Of a stretch of 64,000 bases of DNA, positions 28,311-42,158 are shown piece after piece. The notes beneath the pieces are model-generated. The model did no database searches. It was not told where the DNA came from and was given only the letters and a program-made list of their open reading frames with translations. Where the stretch lies: the NCBI RefSeq assembly GCF_009914755.1, contig NC_060942.1, one strand, 5' to 3'. The stretch is from the human T2T-CHM13v2.0 reference genome, Homo sapiens. Position 1 is the stretch's first letter, and every line of letters starts with the position of its first letter. Position numbers and translations under genes: made by a program.

Positions 28311-31300
28311 TTTTTTTATTATACTTTAAGTTCTGAGATACATGTGCAGAATATGCAGGTTTGTTACATAGGTATACACATGCCATGGTGGTTTGCTGCC
28401 CATCAAGCCATCATCTACATTAGATATTTCTCCTAATGCTATCCCTCCCCCAGCCCCTCACCCCCGACAGGCCCTGGAGTGTGATGTTCCCCTCCCTGTG
28501 TCCATGTGTTCTCATCGTTCGACTCCCTCTTATGTGGGAGAACATGCAGTGTTTGGTTTTCTGTTCCTGTGTTAGTTTGCTGAGAATGATGGTTTCCAGC
28601 TTCATCCATGTCCCTGCAAAGGACATGAACTCATCCTTTTTTATGGCTGCCTAGTATTTCATGGTGCATATGTGTCACATTTTCTTTATCCTGTCTATCA
28701 CTGATGGGCATTTGGGTTGGTTCCAAGTCTTTGCTATTGTGAATAGTGCCTCAATAAACATACGTGTGCATGTGTCTTTATAGTAGAATGATTTATAATC
28801 CTTTGAGTATATACCCAGTAATGTGATTGCTGGGTCAAATGGTATTTCTAGTTCTAGATCCTTGAGGAATCGCCACACTGTCTTCCACAATGGTTGAACT
28901 AATTTATGCTCCCACCAACAGTGTAAAAGCATTCCTATTTCTCCACATCCTCTCCAGCATCTATTGTTTCCTGAGTTTTTAATGGTCACCATTGTAACTG
29001 GCGTGAGATGGTATCTCATTGTGGTTTTGATTTGCATTTCTCTAATGACCAGTGGTGATGAGCCTTTTTTCATTTGTCTGTTGGCTGCATAAATGTCTTC
29101 TTTTGAGAAGTGTCTGTTCAAATCCTTTGCCCACTTTTTGATGAGGTTGTTTTTTTCTTGTAAATTTGTTTAAATTCTTTGTGTATTCTGGATATTAGCC
29201 CTTTGTGAGATGGACAGATTACAAATATTTTCTTCCATTCTGTAGGTTGCCTGTTCACTCTGATGATAGTTGATTTTGCTGCACAGAAGCTCTTTAGTTT
29301 AATTAGATCCCATTTGTCAATTTTGGCTGTTGTTGCAATTGCTTTTGGTGTTTTAGTCATGAAGTCTTTGCCCATGCATATGTCCTGAATGGTATTGACT
29401 AGGTTTTCTTCTAGGATTTTTATGGTTTTAGGTCTTATGTTTAAGTTTTTAATCCATTTTGAGTTAATTTTTGTATAAGGTGTAAGGAAGGTGTCCAGTT
29501 TCAGTTTTCTGCATATGGCTGGCCAGTTTCCCCAACACCATTTATTAAATAGGGAATCCTTTCCCCATTGCTTGTTTTTCTTGGGTTTGTCAAAGATCAG
29601 ATGGTTGTACATGTGTGGTGTTATTTCTGAGACCTCTATTCTGTTCCATTAGTCTATATATCTGTTTTGGTACCAGTACCATGCTGTTTTGGTTACTGTA
29701 GCCTTGTAGTATAGTTGGAAGTCAGGTAGCGTGATGTCTCCAGCTTTGTTCTTTTTGCTTAGGATTGGCTTGGATATGCAGGCTCTTTTTTGGTTCCATA
29801 TGATATTTAAAGTAGTTTTTTCTAATTCTATGAAGAAAGTCAATGGTAGCTTGATGGGGATAGCATTGAATCTATAAATTCCTTTGGGCAGTATGGCCAT
29901 TTTCATGATATTGATTCTTCTTATCCATGAGTATGGAATGTTTGTTCATTTGGCTGTGTCCTCACTTATTTCCTTCAGCAGTGGTTTGTAGTTCTCTTGG
30001 AAGAGGTCCTTCACATCCCTTCTAAGTTGTATTCCTAGGTATTTTATTTTCCTTGTAGCAATTGTGAATGGGAGTTCACTCATGATTTGGCTCTCTGTTT
30101 GTCTATTATTGGTGCATAGGAATGCTTGTGATTTTTGCACATTGATTATGTATCCTGAGACTTTGCTGAAGTTGCTTGTCAGCTTATGGAGATTTTGGGC
30201 TGAGAGGATGGGTTTTTCTAAATATACAATCATGTCATCTGCAAACAGAGACAATTTGACTTCCTCTTTTCCTAGTTGAATACCCTTTATTTCTTTCTCT
30301 TGCCTGATTGCCCTGGCCAGAACTTCCAATACTGTGTTGAATGGGAGTGGTGAGAGAGGGCATCTTTGTCTTGTGCCAGAATGCTTCCAGTTTTTGCCCT
30401 TCAGTATGATATTGGCTGTGGGTTTGTCATAAATAGCTCTTAGTATTTTGAGATACGTCCCATTGATACCTAGTTTATTGAGAGTTTTTAGCATAAAGGG
30501 TGTTGAATTTTGTCGAAGGCCTTTACTGCATCTATTGAAATAATCATGTGCTTTTTGTCATTGGTTGTGTTTATGTTATGGATTATATTTATTGATTTGT
30601 GTATGTTGAACCAGCCTTGCATCCCAGGGATGAAGCTGACTTGATCATGGTGGATAAGCTTTTTGATGTGCTGCTGGATTCACTTTGCCAGTATTTTATT
30701 GAGGATTTTCACATCAATGTTCATCAGGGATATTGGCCTGAAATTTTCTTTTTTTGTTGTGTCTCTGCGAGGTTTTGGTATCAGGATGATGCCGGCCTCA
30801 TAAAATGAGTTACGGAGTATTCCTTCTTTTTCTCTTGTTTGGAATTATTTTCAGAAAGAATACCAGCTCCTTTTGGTACTTCTGATAGAATTCGGCTGTG
30901 AATCCGTCTGGTCCTGGAGTTTTTTTTGGTTGGTAGGCTATTAATTACTGCCTCAGTTTCAGAACTTGTTGTTGATCTATTCAGGGATTTGACTTCTTCG
31001 TGGTTTAGACTTGGGAGGGTGTATGAGTCCAGTAATTTATCCATTTCTTCTAGATTTTCTAGTTTATTTTTGTAGAGGTGTTTATAGTATTCTCTGATGG
31101 TAGTTTGTATTTTTGTGGGATCAGTTGTGATATCCCGTTTATTATTTTTTATTGCTTCCATTTGATTCTTCTCTCTTTTCTCCTTTATTAATCTGGCTAA
31201 GGGTCTATCTGTTTTGATGATCTTTTCAAAAAACCACCTCCTGGATTCATTGATTTTTTTGAAGGTTTTTTCTTGTCTCTTGTCTTTTTCAGTTCTGCTC

Positions 31301-34300
31301 TGATCGTAGTTATTTCTTGACTTCTGCTAGCTTTTGATTTTGTTTGTTCTTGCTTCTCTAGTTCTTTTAATTGTGACGTTAGAGTGTCCACTTTGGATCT
31401 TTCCTGCTTTCTCTTGTGGGCATTTAGTGCTGTAAATTTCCCTCTAAACACTGCTTTATCTGTGTCCCAGAGATTCTGGTATGTTGTGTCTGTGTTCTCA
31501 TTGGTTTCAAAGAAGTTACTTATTTCTGCTTTAATTTTGTTATTTACCCAGTAGCCATTCAGGCGCAGATTGTTCAGTTTACACGTAGTTTTGTGATTTT
31601 GAGTGAGTTTCTTAATCCTAAGTTCTAATTTGTCTGCACTGTGGTCTGAGAGACTGTTTGTTATGATTTCCGTTCTTTTGCATATGCTGAGGAGTGTTTT
31701 ACTTCCAATTATGTGGTCAATTTTAGAATAAGTGTGATGTGCTGCTGAGAAAAATTCATATTCTGTTGATTTGGGGTGGAGAGTTCTGTAAATGTCTATT
31801 AGGTCCACTTGGTCCCTGTCTGAGTTCAAGTCCTGAATATCCTTGTTAATTTTCTTTCTAGATGATCTGTCTAATATTGACAGTGGGGTGTTAAAGTCTC
31901 CCACTATTACTGTGTAGGAGTCTAAGTCTCTTTATAGGTCTCTGTGAACTTGCTTTATGAATCTGGGTGCTTCTGTATCGGGTGCATATATTTTTAGGAT
32001 AGTTAGCTCTTCTTGTTGCATTGATCCCTTTATCATTATGTAATGCCCTTCTTTGTCTCTTTTGATCTTTGTTGGTTTGAAGTCTGCTTTATCAGAGACT
32101 AGGATTGCAACCCCTGCTTTTTGTTTTTGTTTTTTGCTTTCCTTTTACTTGGAAAATATTCCTCCATCCCTTTATTTTGAGCCTATGTGTGTCTTTGCAT
32201 GTGAGATGGGTCTCCTGAATACAGCACACTGATGGGTCTCGACTCTTTGTCCAGTTTATCAGTCTGTGCCTTTTAATTGGGGCATTTAGCCCATTTACAT
32301 TTAAGGTTAATATTGTTATGTGTGAATTTGATCCTGTCATTATGATGCTAGCTGGTTATTTTGCCTGTTAGTTAATGCAATTTCTTCATAGTGTCGATGT
32401 TCTTTACAATTTGCCATGTTTTTGCAGTGGCTGGTACTGGTTGTTCCTTTCCATGTTTAGTGCTTCCTTGAGGAGTTCTTGTATTGCAGGCCTGGTGGTA
32501 ACAAAATCTCTCAGCATTTGCTTGTCTGTAATGTATTTTATTTCTCCTTCACTTATGAAGCTTAATTTGGGTGGATATGAAATTCTGGGTTGAAAATTCT
32601 TTTCTTTAAAAATGTTGAATATTGACTCCCACTCTCTTCTGGCTTGTAGGGTTTCTGCTGAGCGATCTGCTGTTAGTCTGATGGGCTTCCCTTTGTGGGT
32701 AACCCGACCTTTCTCTCTGGCTTCCCTTAATATTTTATCCTTCATTTCAACCTTGTTGAATCTGATGATTATGTGTCTTAGGGTTGCTCTTCCCGAGGAC
32801 TATCTTTGTGGTGTTCTCTGTATTTCCTGAATTTCAATGTTGGCCTGTCTTTCTAGGTTGGGGAAGTTCTGGATAATATCCTGAAGAGTGTTTTCCAAGT
32901 TGGTTCCATTCTCCCTGTCACTTTCAGGTACACCAATCAAGCATAGGTTTCTTCTTTTCACATAGTCCTATATTTCTTGGAGGCTTTGTTTGTTCCTTTT
33001 CATTGCTTTTTCTCTAATTTTGTCTTCATGCTTTATTTCATTAAGTTGATCTTCAATGCCTGATATCCTCTCTTCCGCTTGATTGATTTGGCTATTGATA
33101 CTTGTGTATGCTTCACGAAGTTCTCGTGCTGTGTTTTTCAGCTCCATCAGGTCATTTATGTTCTTCTCTAAACTGGTTATTCTAGTTATCAATTCATCTA
33201 ACCTTTTTTCAAAGTACTTAGCTTCCTTGACTTGCATTAGGACATGCTCCTTTAGCTCGGAGGAGTTCGTTATTACCCACCTTCTGAAGCCTACTGTCAA
33301 TTTGTCAAACTCATTGTCTGTCGAAGTTTTGTTCCCCACTGGTGAGGAGTTGTGATCCTTTGGAGGAGAAAAGGCATTCTGGTTTTTGCAATTTCAGCCT
33401 CTTTGCTCTGGTTTCTCCCCATCTTCGTTGGTTTATCTACCTTTGGTCTTTGATGTTGGTTGGCCTTTGTATGGGTTTTTGGTGTGGATGTCCTTTTTGT
33501 TGATGTTTATACTATTCCTTTCTGTTTGTTAGTTTTCCTTCTAACATTCGGACCCCTCTGCTGCAGGTCTGCTGGAGTTTACTGGAGGTCCACTTTGGAC
33601 TCTGTTTGCCTGGGTGTCACCAGTGGAGGCTGCAGAACAGCAAAGATTGCTGCCTCTTCCTTCCTCTGGAAGCTTCATCCCAGAGGGGCACCTACCAGAT
33701 ACCAGCTGGAGCTCTCCTATGTGAGGTGTCTGTCAACCCCTGCTGGGAGGTGTCTCCCCATCATGAGGCACAGGGGTCAGGGACCCACTTGAAGAGGTAG
33801 TCTGTCCCTTAGCAGAGCTTGAGCTCTGTGCTGGGAGATCCACTGCTCTCTTCAGAGCTGACAGGCAGAAACGTTTAAGTCTGCTGAAGCTGCGCCCACA
33901 GCCACCCCTTCCTCCAGGTGCTCTGTCCCAGGGAGATGGGAGTTTTACCTATAAGCCCCTGCCTGGGACCGCTGCCTTTCTTTCAGAGATGTCCTGCCCA
34001 GAGAGGAGGAAGCTAGAGAGGCAGTCTGGCTACAGCAGCTTTGCAGAGCTGTGGTGGGCTTCACCCCGTTCGAACTTCCCAGTGTCTTTGTTTATGTTGT
34101 GAGGGGAAAACTGCCTACTCAAGTCCAGTAATGGCAGACACCCCTCGCCCAGCAAGCTGGAGCATCCCAGGTTGACTTCAGACTGCTGTGCTGGCAGTGA
34201 GAATTTGAAGCCAGTGGATCTTAGCTTGCTGGGCTCCGTGGAGGTGGGATCTGCTGAGCTAGACTACTTGGCTTCCTGGCTTCAGCCCCCTTTCCAGGGG

Positions 34301-34757
34301 AGTGAACAGTTCTGTCTTACTGTCTTTCCAGGTGCCACTGGGGTATGAAACAAAACTCCTGCAGCTAGCTCAGTGTCTGCCCAAACAGCTGCCCAATTTT
34401 GTGCTTGAAACCCAGGGCCCTGGTGGCACAGGCACCGGGGGGAATCTCCTAGTCTGTGGGTTGCAAAGACTGTGGGAAAAGCGTAATATCTGAGCTGGAG
34501 TGCACCATTCCTTATGGCACAGTGCCTCATGGCTTCCCTTGGCTAGGGGAGAGAAGTTCCTTGACCCCTTGCGCTTCCCGGGAGGCAATGCCCCACCCTG
34601 CTTCTGCTCTCCCTCCATGGGCTGCACCCACTGTCTAACCAGTCCCAATGTGATGAGCTGGGTACCTCAGTTGGAAATGCAGAAATCACCCGCCTTCTGT
34701 GTTGATCTCGCTGGAAGCTGCAGACCGGAGTTGTTCCTGTTCGGCCATCTTGCCAGC
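28311..34757 (-). mobile_element. Full-length primate LINE-1 (L1PA7-like, about 6.45 kb); ORF1 and ORF2 broken by stops and frameshifts
   Basis: ORF2 fragments MTGSNSHITILTLNVNGLN (32340), [20 protein letters not shown] (RT), [17 protein letters not shown]; ORF1 fragments 32404-33339; 5'UTR ending ggccatcttgccagc; 11-bp TSD ttttttagatt (28293-28303, 34768-34778). Confidence 0.97.
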
Positions 34758-36519
34758 CATCGATCAGTTTTTTAGATTTTTAAGCTTCCCAAGGAAAGCA
34801 ATGATCTTTTCTTCCTGAAGTGGCCAGTAAGTGGCCATTATTTAACTGATGGCTTTTTGAAGAGTGCTGATTTTTCTGAGGATATTCTAATGCAAGTAAT
34901 TATTAGATGCTTTCTGTGGGGCGTGGATATCAGCTCACTTGATGTCTGACCACATGATGTTGCTCTTCTGTAGCTCCTAACTGGCATATGCATCAGGAGT
35001 ATCCTCAAGGCTAAGAGCCCCAGTGTCTTCCCTTAGGCTAGAGATTGGGCCATATGCAAGTTAATCTTTGTAATCTTATGAAAGCTCATGGTTCTGAAAT
35101 GAAAAGTAAAACTGAAGTTGAAATTGCACAGTGGCATGGTGGACTTTGTCTTCAGGAGATGAAGTCGGTTTAGAGAGCTGAATTTTCAAGATGGCTGACA
35201 ACTGGCTGCACTATGGTATCAGGAAATTTTACTGCTTTTAGGTGAATATCACTCTAAGCTTTATCAGGCACCTTTTTGCCTTACTCAACATAAATTAACA
35301 TGTTTGTGGTAAGTTAAGGCCATGTTGAAAAACATAAATGTTTTTCTGCAGATTTGCTAAAGAGTAGTGGCTTACTTATGCTCCTAACTACCCCTGGCTG
35401 CTGTGCTGCAACTTGGCATGACTGTATTTTATATTTTATTATGTCTTCCCTTTTGGCAACTCAGTTTTCTCATTGTTGCTTGGGTGTCTGCTTTAGCAGT
35501 CTTTCTTTCCTGTGAATTTCTGAAGGTGTAGATACCAGATAACATAATTTTTGTGCATATGGTTGAGTACAGGCTGTGAGTCAACTGAATAAATGCATGG
35601 ATTTGACGACATCTGTTTTGGCTGCTCAGAGGTTTTGTTTTGGTATATGTACTCTCTAGTACTTAATTTTCTGTGTAACTGAAAGATACCTTAACTCTAA
35701 ATTGATGGTACCCCATCCCCTCCTCTCTTCATTACACTGCCTACCAATCAATAAAAAATCTGATAGACAATTTTAAATATTAAATCACCTGAATATTTTT
35801 TATTTGAAATATAAAATCACTGAAGATTTTTTTTCCTCAACGATTTAAAAATATTCTTTGCCTTTAGTTCAGCTTTCTCCTCTGGGCCTGGCTGTAGACT
35901 CTATGGAAGTAATTCTGCCTAATAAAAAGGTTTAGAGATGTTGTCTAAAACACTTTAGAAAAGAACCATCTCTCTGGCAGTTAACTCTCATGGGGATAAA
36001 GTAGCTTTCAAACTCCAACAATAATGGTTAGTTTTGACGTATCTGACCTGTTTGTGTGCAAAGTGGGAGTTCGCCTCCCTGGAATGCCACTTAAGGCAGC
36101 AATGCAGCTCTTGAAAGAAGTTTTATAAAAGCAAAACACCAAGCTGTAAAGGACAAGGCATTTTAATGTGAACTGCTATTACTTTCGCAAGAGCCCAGTT
36201 GCTTTCCTAGAAAGCCATAATGTGATTCCCAACAATAACTGTGGACATGCTGTTCCTCCTGTGGTTAAATCACATCTTGATTTCAGCTGTGGAGCACTGA
36301 TTAATCCTTCTAAAGTTTGGACAATGAATGAAGTGAATGAAGTTTGGACAGTGAATAAAGTATCTTCCTCTACCCTCCAAGGTATTGATGGTCACTATTT
36401 GCATTTGTGTGTGCTCTACAGTTTCTCAGTGACAGTCCAGTTCAGTTCTTAATTTACCCTGATGATGATCCTAAACTTGCGTTAGCCATTGTTTTCTGCG
36501 GTGCCATTCTGTCACTTTG

Positions 36520-36995
36520 GCATTTGAATATGTCTGACATAGCAATTACAACTTCGTGTTTTAATTACTTAATTACACAGTTGCTTACTCTGTTAGACTG
36601 GAAGCTTCTGAGGGGCCGTGGACATGTCTTTTTCATGCCCAATGTCAGTGTCTGTTCACTGTAACAGGCTCACAAATGTTTGTGGAATGAACAAATGTTG
36701 AATCCCCAGCCTGTTCTCCATCTGTGGCCTGTCTTAATGCCTCATCCTGGAGGACTCAGCTCAGAGTTCCCTTTCTCTAAAGAGCTGTCACTAGCACCCC
36801 ACCTCCCTGAGCTAGCTTCAGTGCCACTTTTGTGTGTGCCCTCAGTGAATGTTGAACGAGGGAGGTGTTCACACCATTGCAACATCACTGTCTTCCTGCC
36901 ACACCTGACTTAAGAATGGGGCTTGAGTTATTATACTCAACTTTGAATCAGTGGTGCTTACGACAGTGCCTGGGCAGTGATTACTCAATACATAT
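36520..36995 (+). mobile_element. Two LINE-2 3'-end fragments
   Basis: ttagactggaagcttctgagggg...aaatgtttgtggaatgaa; second copy ...cagtgcctgggcagtgattactcaata. Confidence 0.6.
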
Positions 36996-38489
36996 ACACA
37001 GTACATTTTAAAGTTTGCTGTTTCTTTTTAGAATAATTGTGTAAATGATAAAGAAGAAAAAATTAAAGAAAAAGTGTTTCTGCCAATGAGATACATAAAA
37101 GGATTTAAAATGCCTCTGTTGTTATTTTTTGTTCATAGTGCATTGTGGTAGTTAATTCAACTAATTGAGTGCCAGGCATATCTCAGATTATCCGTCATTG
37201 GTGATATAGATGTATCAAATTACTGTTTCTGCTTTTTTGTCAGATAAAATTCAGTTGTCAGCATAAACTGGAATCATGTAAGTGGTGTAAAAGAACCACC
37301 GTTCTTTCACATATTTTAGGCTAAGAATCATTTTGGACACCATCAGCTCCCCAGCCTCTCAGTATCCATTCAGACAAACAATCCTTTGATTGTAACTCAA
37401 GATATCCCATTTATCCTTCCCACTTCCTCATATCACTGCCTTAGATTACCATTGGTCTACTATTCCCACCTAATATTTTCTCTTCATGTTATTATAAAAT
37501 TATATTATTGTGCAGTTATTATTCATATTATTTTGCTATTCTACCCAGTGTGTTTATGGGTACCTGGTTTGTTTTTTTTACCCGGATTGAAAACGATTAC
37601 TTGAAAGAGTTATTTACAAAAATACTGGTTAAATGAAAGAAAAATTAGCCTTGAATAAAAATACCCAAGATAATCAGTGGTATTACTTCTTGTACATTTC
37701 TTCCCATTTCCTTGTCGGCAACAATAAAAGTGCCATTTATACAGGAGTGAATGTTGGAAGTGATTCACGTGGCATCTCTTGACAGACCTGTGGAGGGCAC
37801 TCTGTGGAGGCAGAAGATGAAGAGCACTTAGTATCGAGTGCCTCTGTGAGTCATCACAGATATGCTTCTGACCTTCAGACCATTTTGGCACTTAATAGAT
37901 AATGTTTGTCTTCTCTTGGGTTGTGTAAGCTCAGAGAATTGGTCATCTGTTTTGAATAATTTGATCTTAAATAACATTTTTAAGTAAAGCCACATGAGTG
38001 TTATTATATCATTTTATTGCATTAGGAAGCAACAAGAATAAAAATATCCTCTGGGCTTCTGAAGAGATCCAGGGGTTTATTTAATTGTTTATATTATATT
38101 AAATGTCTTACTTAAAATTCATGTTTTTCAATGAATGTTGGTAGTTTTTAAATGATAGATTTTATTTTCATCTCCTTATCTTGCATTCTGTCACTAATTC
38201 TTTTGTTTCCTTGAGAAGAAATAATAGAATTAGTTTTGGTTCCATACTGTCATCATAAGCATAGTGAGTTTTAACTTTTATTTTTAAATAAGAGAATAGC
38301 TCATGTAATTTGAGAATCGATTAATTTTACTTTTTAAGACTTATAATTCAAAGCTGAAGATGACCCTAATAGCTTCTAATGCACTTTTTTTTGTTCTCTT
38401 TTTAATTTTCTCCAGAGAGCATATGCCACCAATATTTGGTTATCTGACTCTGAGATGTGCTATGAAACCTTGATTATATGTTAGACTAA

Positions 38490-38690
38490 ATCATCAGCTC
38501 CAGAATCTGACTGACTGGATTACAATCTGCTTTTCTGTGTGACCTTAGGGAAGTTTTTTTAAACCCTCCTGGTTATAAAATGACAATACTTCTCTCAATG
38601 GTTACCGAAGGGACCAAATGACATAAAGTGCTTAGCAGAGTGGCTGGCACATAGCTAGCACTCAGTACAGGTTCGGTAACAACAAGAGCA
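38490..38690 (+). mobile_element. MIR
   Basis: ctgtgtgaccttagggaagtt...aaagtgcttagcagagtggctggcacatag. Confidence 0.7.
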
Positions 38691-39931
38691 ACAGTAACAC
38701 CACCACCACCAAAAGGAGGGAGTGGGGGAAGTCAAGATGATTGCTTGTGCTTAGAACAGAGGATGCCAAGAGACTTCTTTTCTTTTGGGCTGGAAGCTGC
38801 TTTCACATTAGCCAGTCTTCTTTTCTTTGAAGTAACAGGGCCACTTTATATAACTTTATATAACTTTATATAAACCACTGACCATGATCATTAATAAATT
38901 AAAAAATACTATTTTCATGTCTGGAGCAGTTGCTTAGTATTTATATTCAATAAATCAAAACCCTGGAAGATTAAAAATACATATACCTTTTGGCTAGAAA
39001 TCTGACTTGTAGGACTCTCTTCTGTAGAAATGAAGACCATTCACATGGCTCTTTATTGGATGTTCTTTGTCGTAGCAGGTGTCGAAAGTGTAAATTTGGG
39101 TCTCTGTGTCCTTATTGGCCTGAAGAGTTGTCAACATTATATTATTGGTAAAGGATCAGAACAAGCTGCAGAGGAATGTGTCAGCTTATTATTCTTTGAA
39201 TAAAGTAGGAAAAGTTTAAAAAAAAAAAAATCCCTTCGTATATGTGTCTGTATGTTTATTTGTATATAAAGAAGTATCCTGAGGGAAACATACTATTGTC
39301 TAAATGGGATAAGTTTGTGGTCAGTTAAGTGAAAGTTAGGAAGAAATGTTTAATTTTTCCTTTGAAATCTATTTTTTGACATTTTATAAAGGCATATGCA
39401 ATTTTTGTTAATGTTTTTAATGAAAAGTTAAAATGGGGAAAGAACGAACTGGGTCTCTATGTAAACAAAACAGTTTGCAAGGATATCTAGAATTTAGCTA
39501 TCTTGTTTTTATATTCTGAGAGCTGATATAAAGAATTTTCCCTAATATACAGTTATTTCCCTGGAAAGCTGATCGATCATTCATCATCAAGTGAGGACAT
39601 TTCAAATGAAGCTTTTAAAAAATGAAATTTTTAAAGTGGTTATGCTAGAGGCAAAAAAAAAAGAGAGAGAGAAACACCTCTTTAGACCTCTATGAAAAAC
39701 GAGTTTTAAAACCTAAGGTTTTAATAGAAATGTAATAAGTTATACTGGGTTCTGAATTAACAACAACAAAACCTGAAAACGAAATAGTGTACTCAGTAAA
39801 AATAACTTTCCACCCAGCCAAGCTTAGAGATACAGTGATAGAAATATATGTGTATAAATCTGTTTCTAGACCACCTACCTAAGGGAATAAATCAAGATGC
39901 ACTGAGTTCAGTTATTTTAATTATCCTATAG

Positions 39932-40313
<382 letters not shown>

Positions 40314-40421
40314 AGAAATTCTTTACAAATGATAAGTGACATATCCCACAGTGGGTAAATTGTTCACTGTATTATGGTGTATCCTAGGATACTATGCGTA
40401 TCAGTGAAACATTCTTGGTAA

Positions 40422-40726
<305 letters not shown>

Positions 40727-40881
40727 AACATGCACCATTCTTGCCAAAGACCTGAACTTTACCATCTTTACTCTTTTTTCAGCAAATTTGTTTGTAAAAA
40801 CCATTTCCTCCCTGCCTCTTCCTTTCTCTCTATCCCGGTCACTCTCCCTGTATATTTGTATGTGTGTATATACCTGTAATA

Positions 40882-41221
40882 AAGTCATGCATTGCTTGAT
40901 GACAAGGATGCATTCTGAGAAATGTATCGTCAGGCGATTTTTTTTCATTATGCGAACATGATAGAGTGCACTTACACAAATCGAGATGGTAGAGCCTACA
41001 GCACACCTAGGCTATGTGGTATGGCCTATTGCTCCTAGACTACAAACTGTATAGCATGTGACTGTATTGAATAACTGTAGGCAACTGGAATACTATGGTA
41101 AGTATTTGTGTGTCTAAACATGGCAAAGGTGCAGTAAAATTAGAGTATTACAATCTTATGGGACTGCAGTTGTGTATATGGTCCATCTTTCGCCAAAATG
41201 TCCTTAAGTGATGCATGACTG
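40882..41221. mobile_element. Tigger3a/MER7A-like TcMar DNA transposon
   Basis: Terminal inverted repeats agtcatgcat...atgcatgact; internal cattctgagaaatg and cacacctaggcta. Confidence 0.88.
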
Positions 41222-41252
41222 TGTGTGTGTGTGTGTGTGCATGTGTGTGTGT
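41220..41252. repeat. (TG)n microsatellite
   Basis: Seen directly at the Tigger end. Confidence 0.9.
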
Positions 41253-41539
41253 GAGAAATTCAAAACGTCTGTATTGATATAAACTCATTAGGTGATTTAA
41301 AAAAATTGGTTTAGTCAAATTAAATTTTCAAATTGGTTATCCTTTTTTAAATCACATGTCCAATCAAGTACCCAAGAAAGACATATTAATTTTCTGTAAT
41401 GCATTCTCAATGATATAACATGATCCAAAATTCAGGTCATTTAGATATTGTTTGCTCTTTTAAAAACTTTAAAAAAAAACATTTAAAACTTTTATTATAA
41501 AAATGCTCAAAATACACATGAGTAAGAATCCACCCTCAA

Positions 41540-41780
41540 GCTTGTCTTAAAACAACACTCATAGCTGATAATTCTATGGGTCAGCAGTTGGGGCTGGGCT
41601 CAGCTGAATGGTTCAGCTGATCTGAGCCATGCATGGCTGATCTTGGCTGGGTTCACTTTTGCATCTGCAGTCAGCTGTCAGGTCAGCTGGTCCTAACTGG
41701 GAAGGCTGAATCCTGCTCCACATTGTCTCCTGTCCTCCAGCAGTCTAGCCTGGACCTGCCCCCGTGGTAGTGAGCATGTT
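41540..41780 (-). mobile_element. MLT1 LTR fragment
   Basis: ataattctatgggtcagcagttggggctgggctcagctg...ctccagcagtctagcctgg. Confidence 0.6.
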
Positions 41781-41931
41781 CACATGTTGTTCCTTTCTCT
41801 GCTATCTTAGGTTTATTTAGCTCTGCTATCTTAGGTTTATGAATAAAATTAGATATTATTTATATATATACTTACAAGGATATAATGTTCCTCCTGAAGT
41901 TATCTAACTAATGTGCTGCCCCTTAAACTGA

Positions 41932-42158
41932 GAGGCAGCTTAGTATCATGCTTAAGAGCACAAAGTCCAGAGCACATTTCCCTGAGGTTCATATTCTGTC
42001 TCCACCACTTACAACCTACATGATCTTGAGCAAGCTACTTAACCCCTCTATGCCTGAGTTCTGTCCTTGTCTGTAATGAGTAAAAGAGTTAATATATGTA
42101 AAACATTTGGAAGAGTGCTCAGCACGTATTAAATATCATGTAAGTGTTAGCTATCATC
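41932..42158 (+). mobile_element. MIR
   Basis: ctccaccacttac...tgatcttgagcaagctacttaacccctctatgcct...taagtgttagctat. Confidence 0.8.

Noticed and set aside
28675-33339. Multiple 80-235 aa ORFs with endonuclease and reverse-transcriptase motifs as a novel RT system
   Set aside because: They are collinear fragments of one ordinary LINE-1 ORF1/ORF2, disrupted by stops and frameshifts; not retrotransposition-competent
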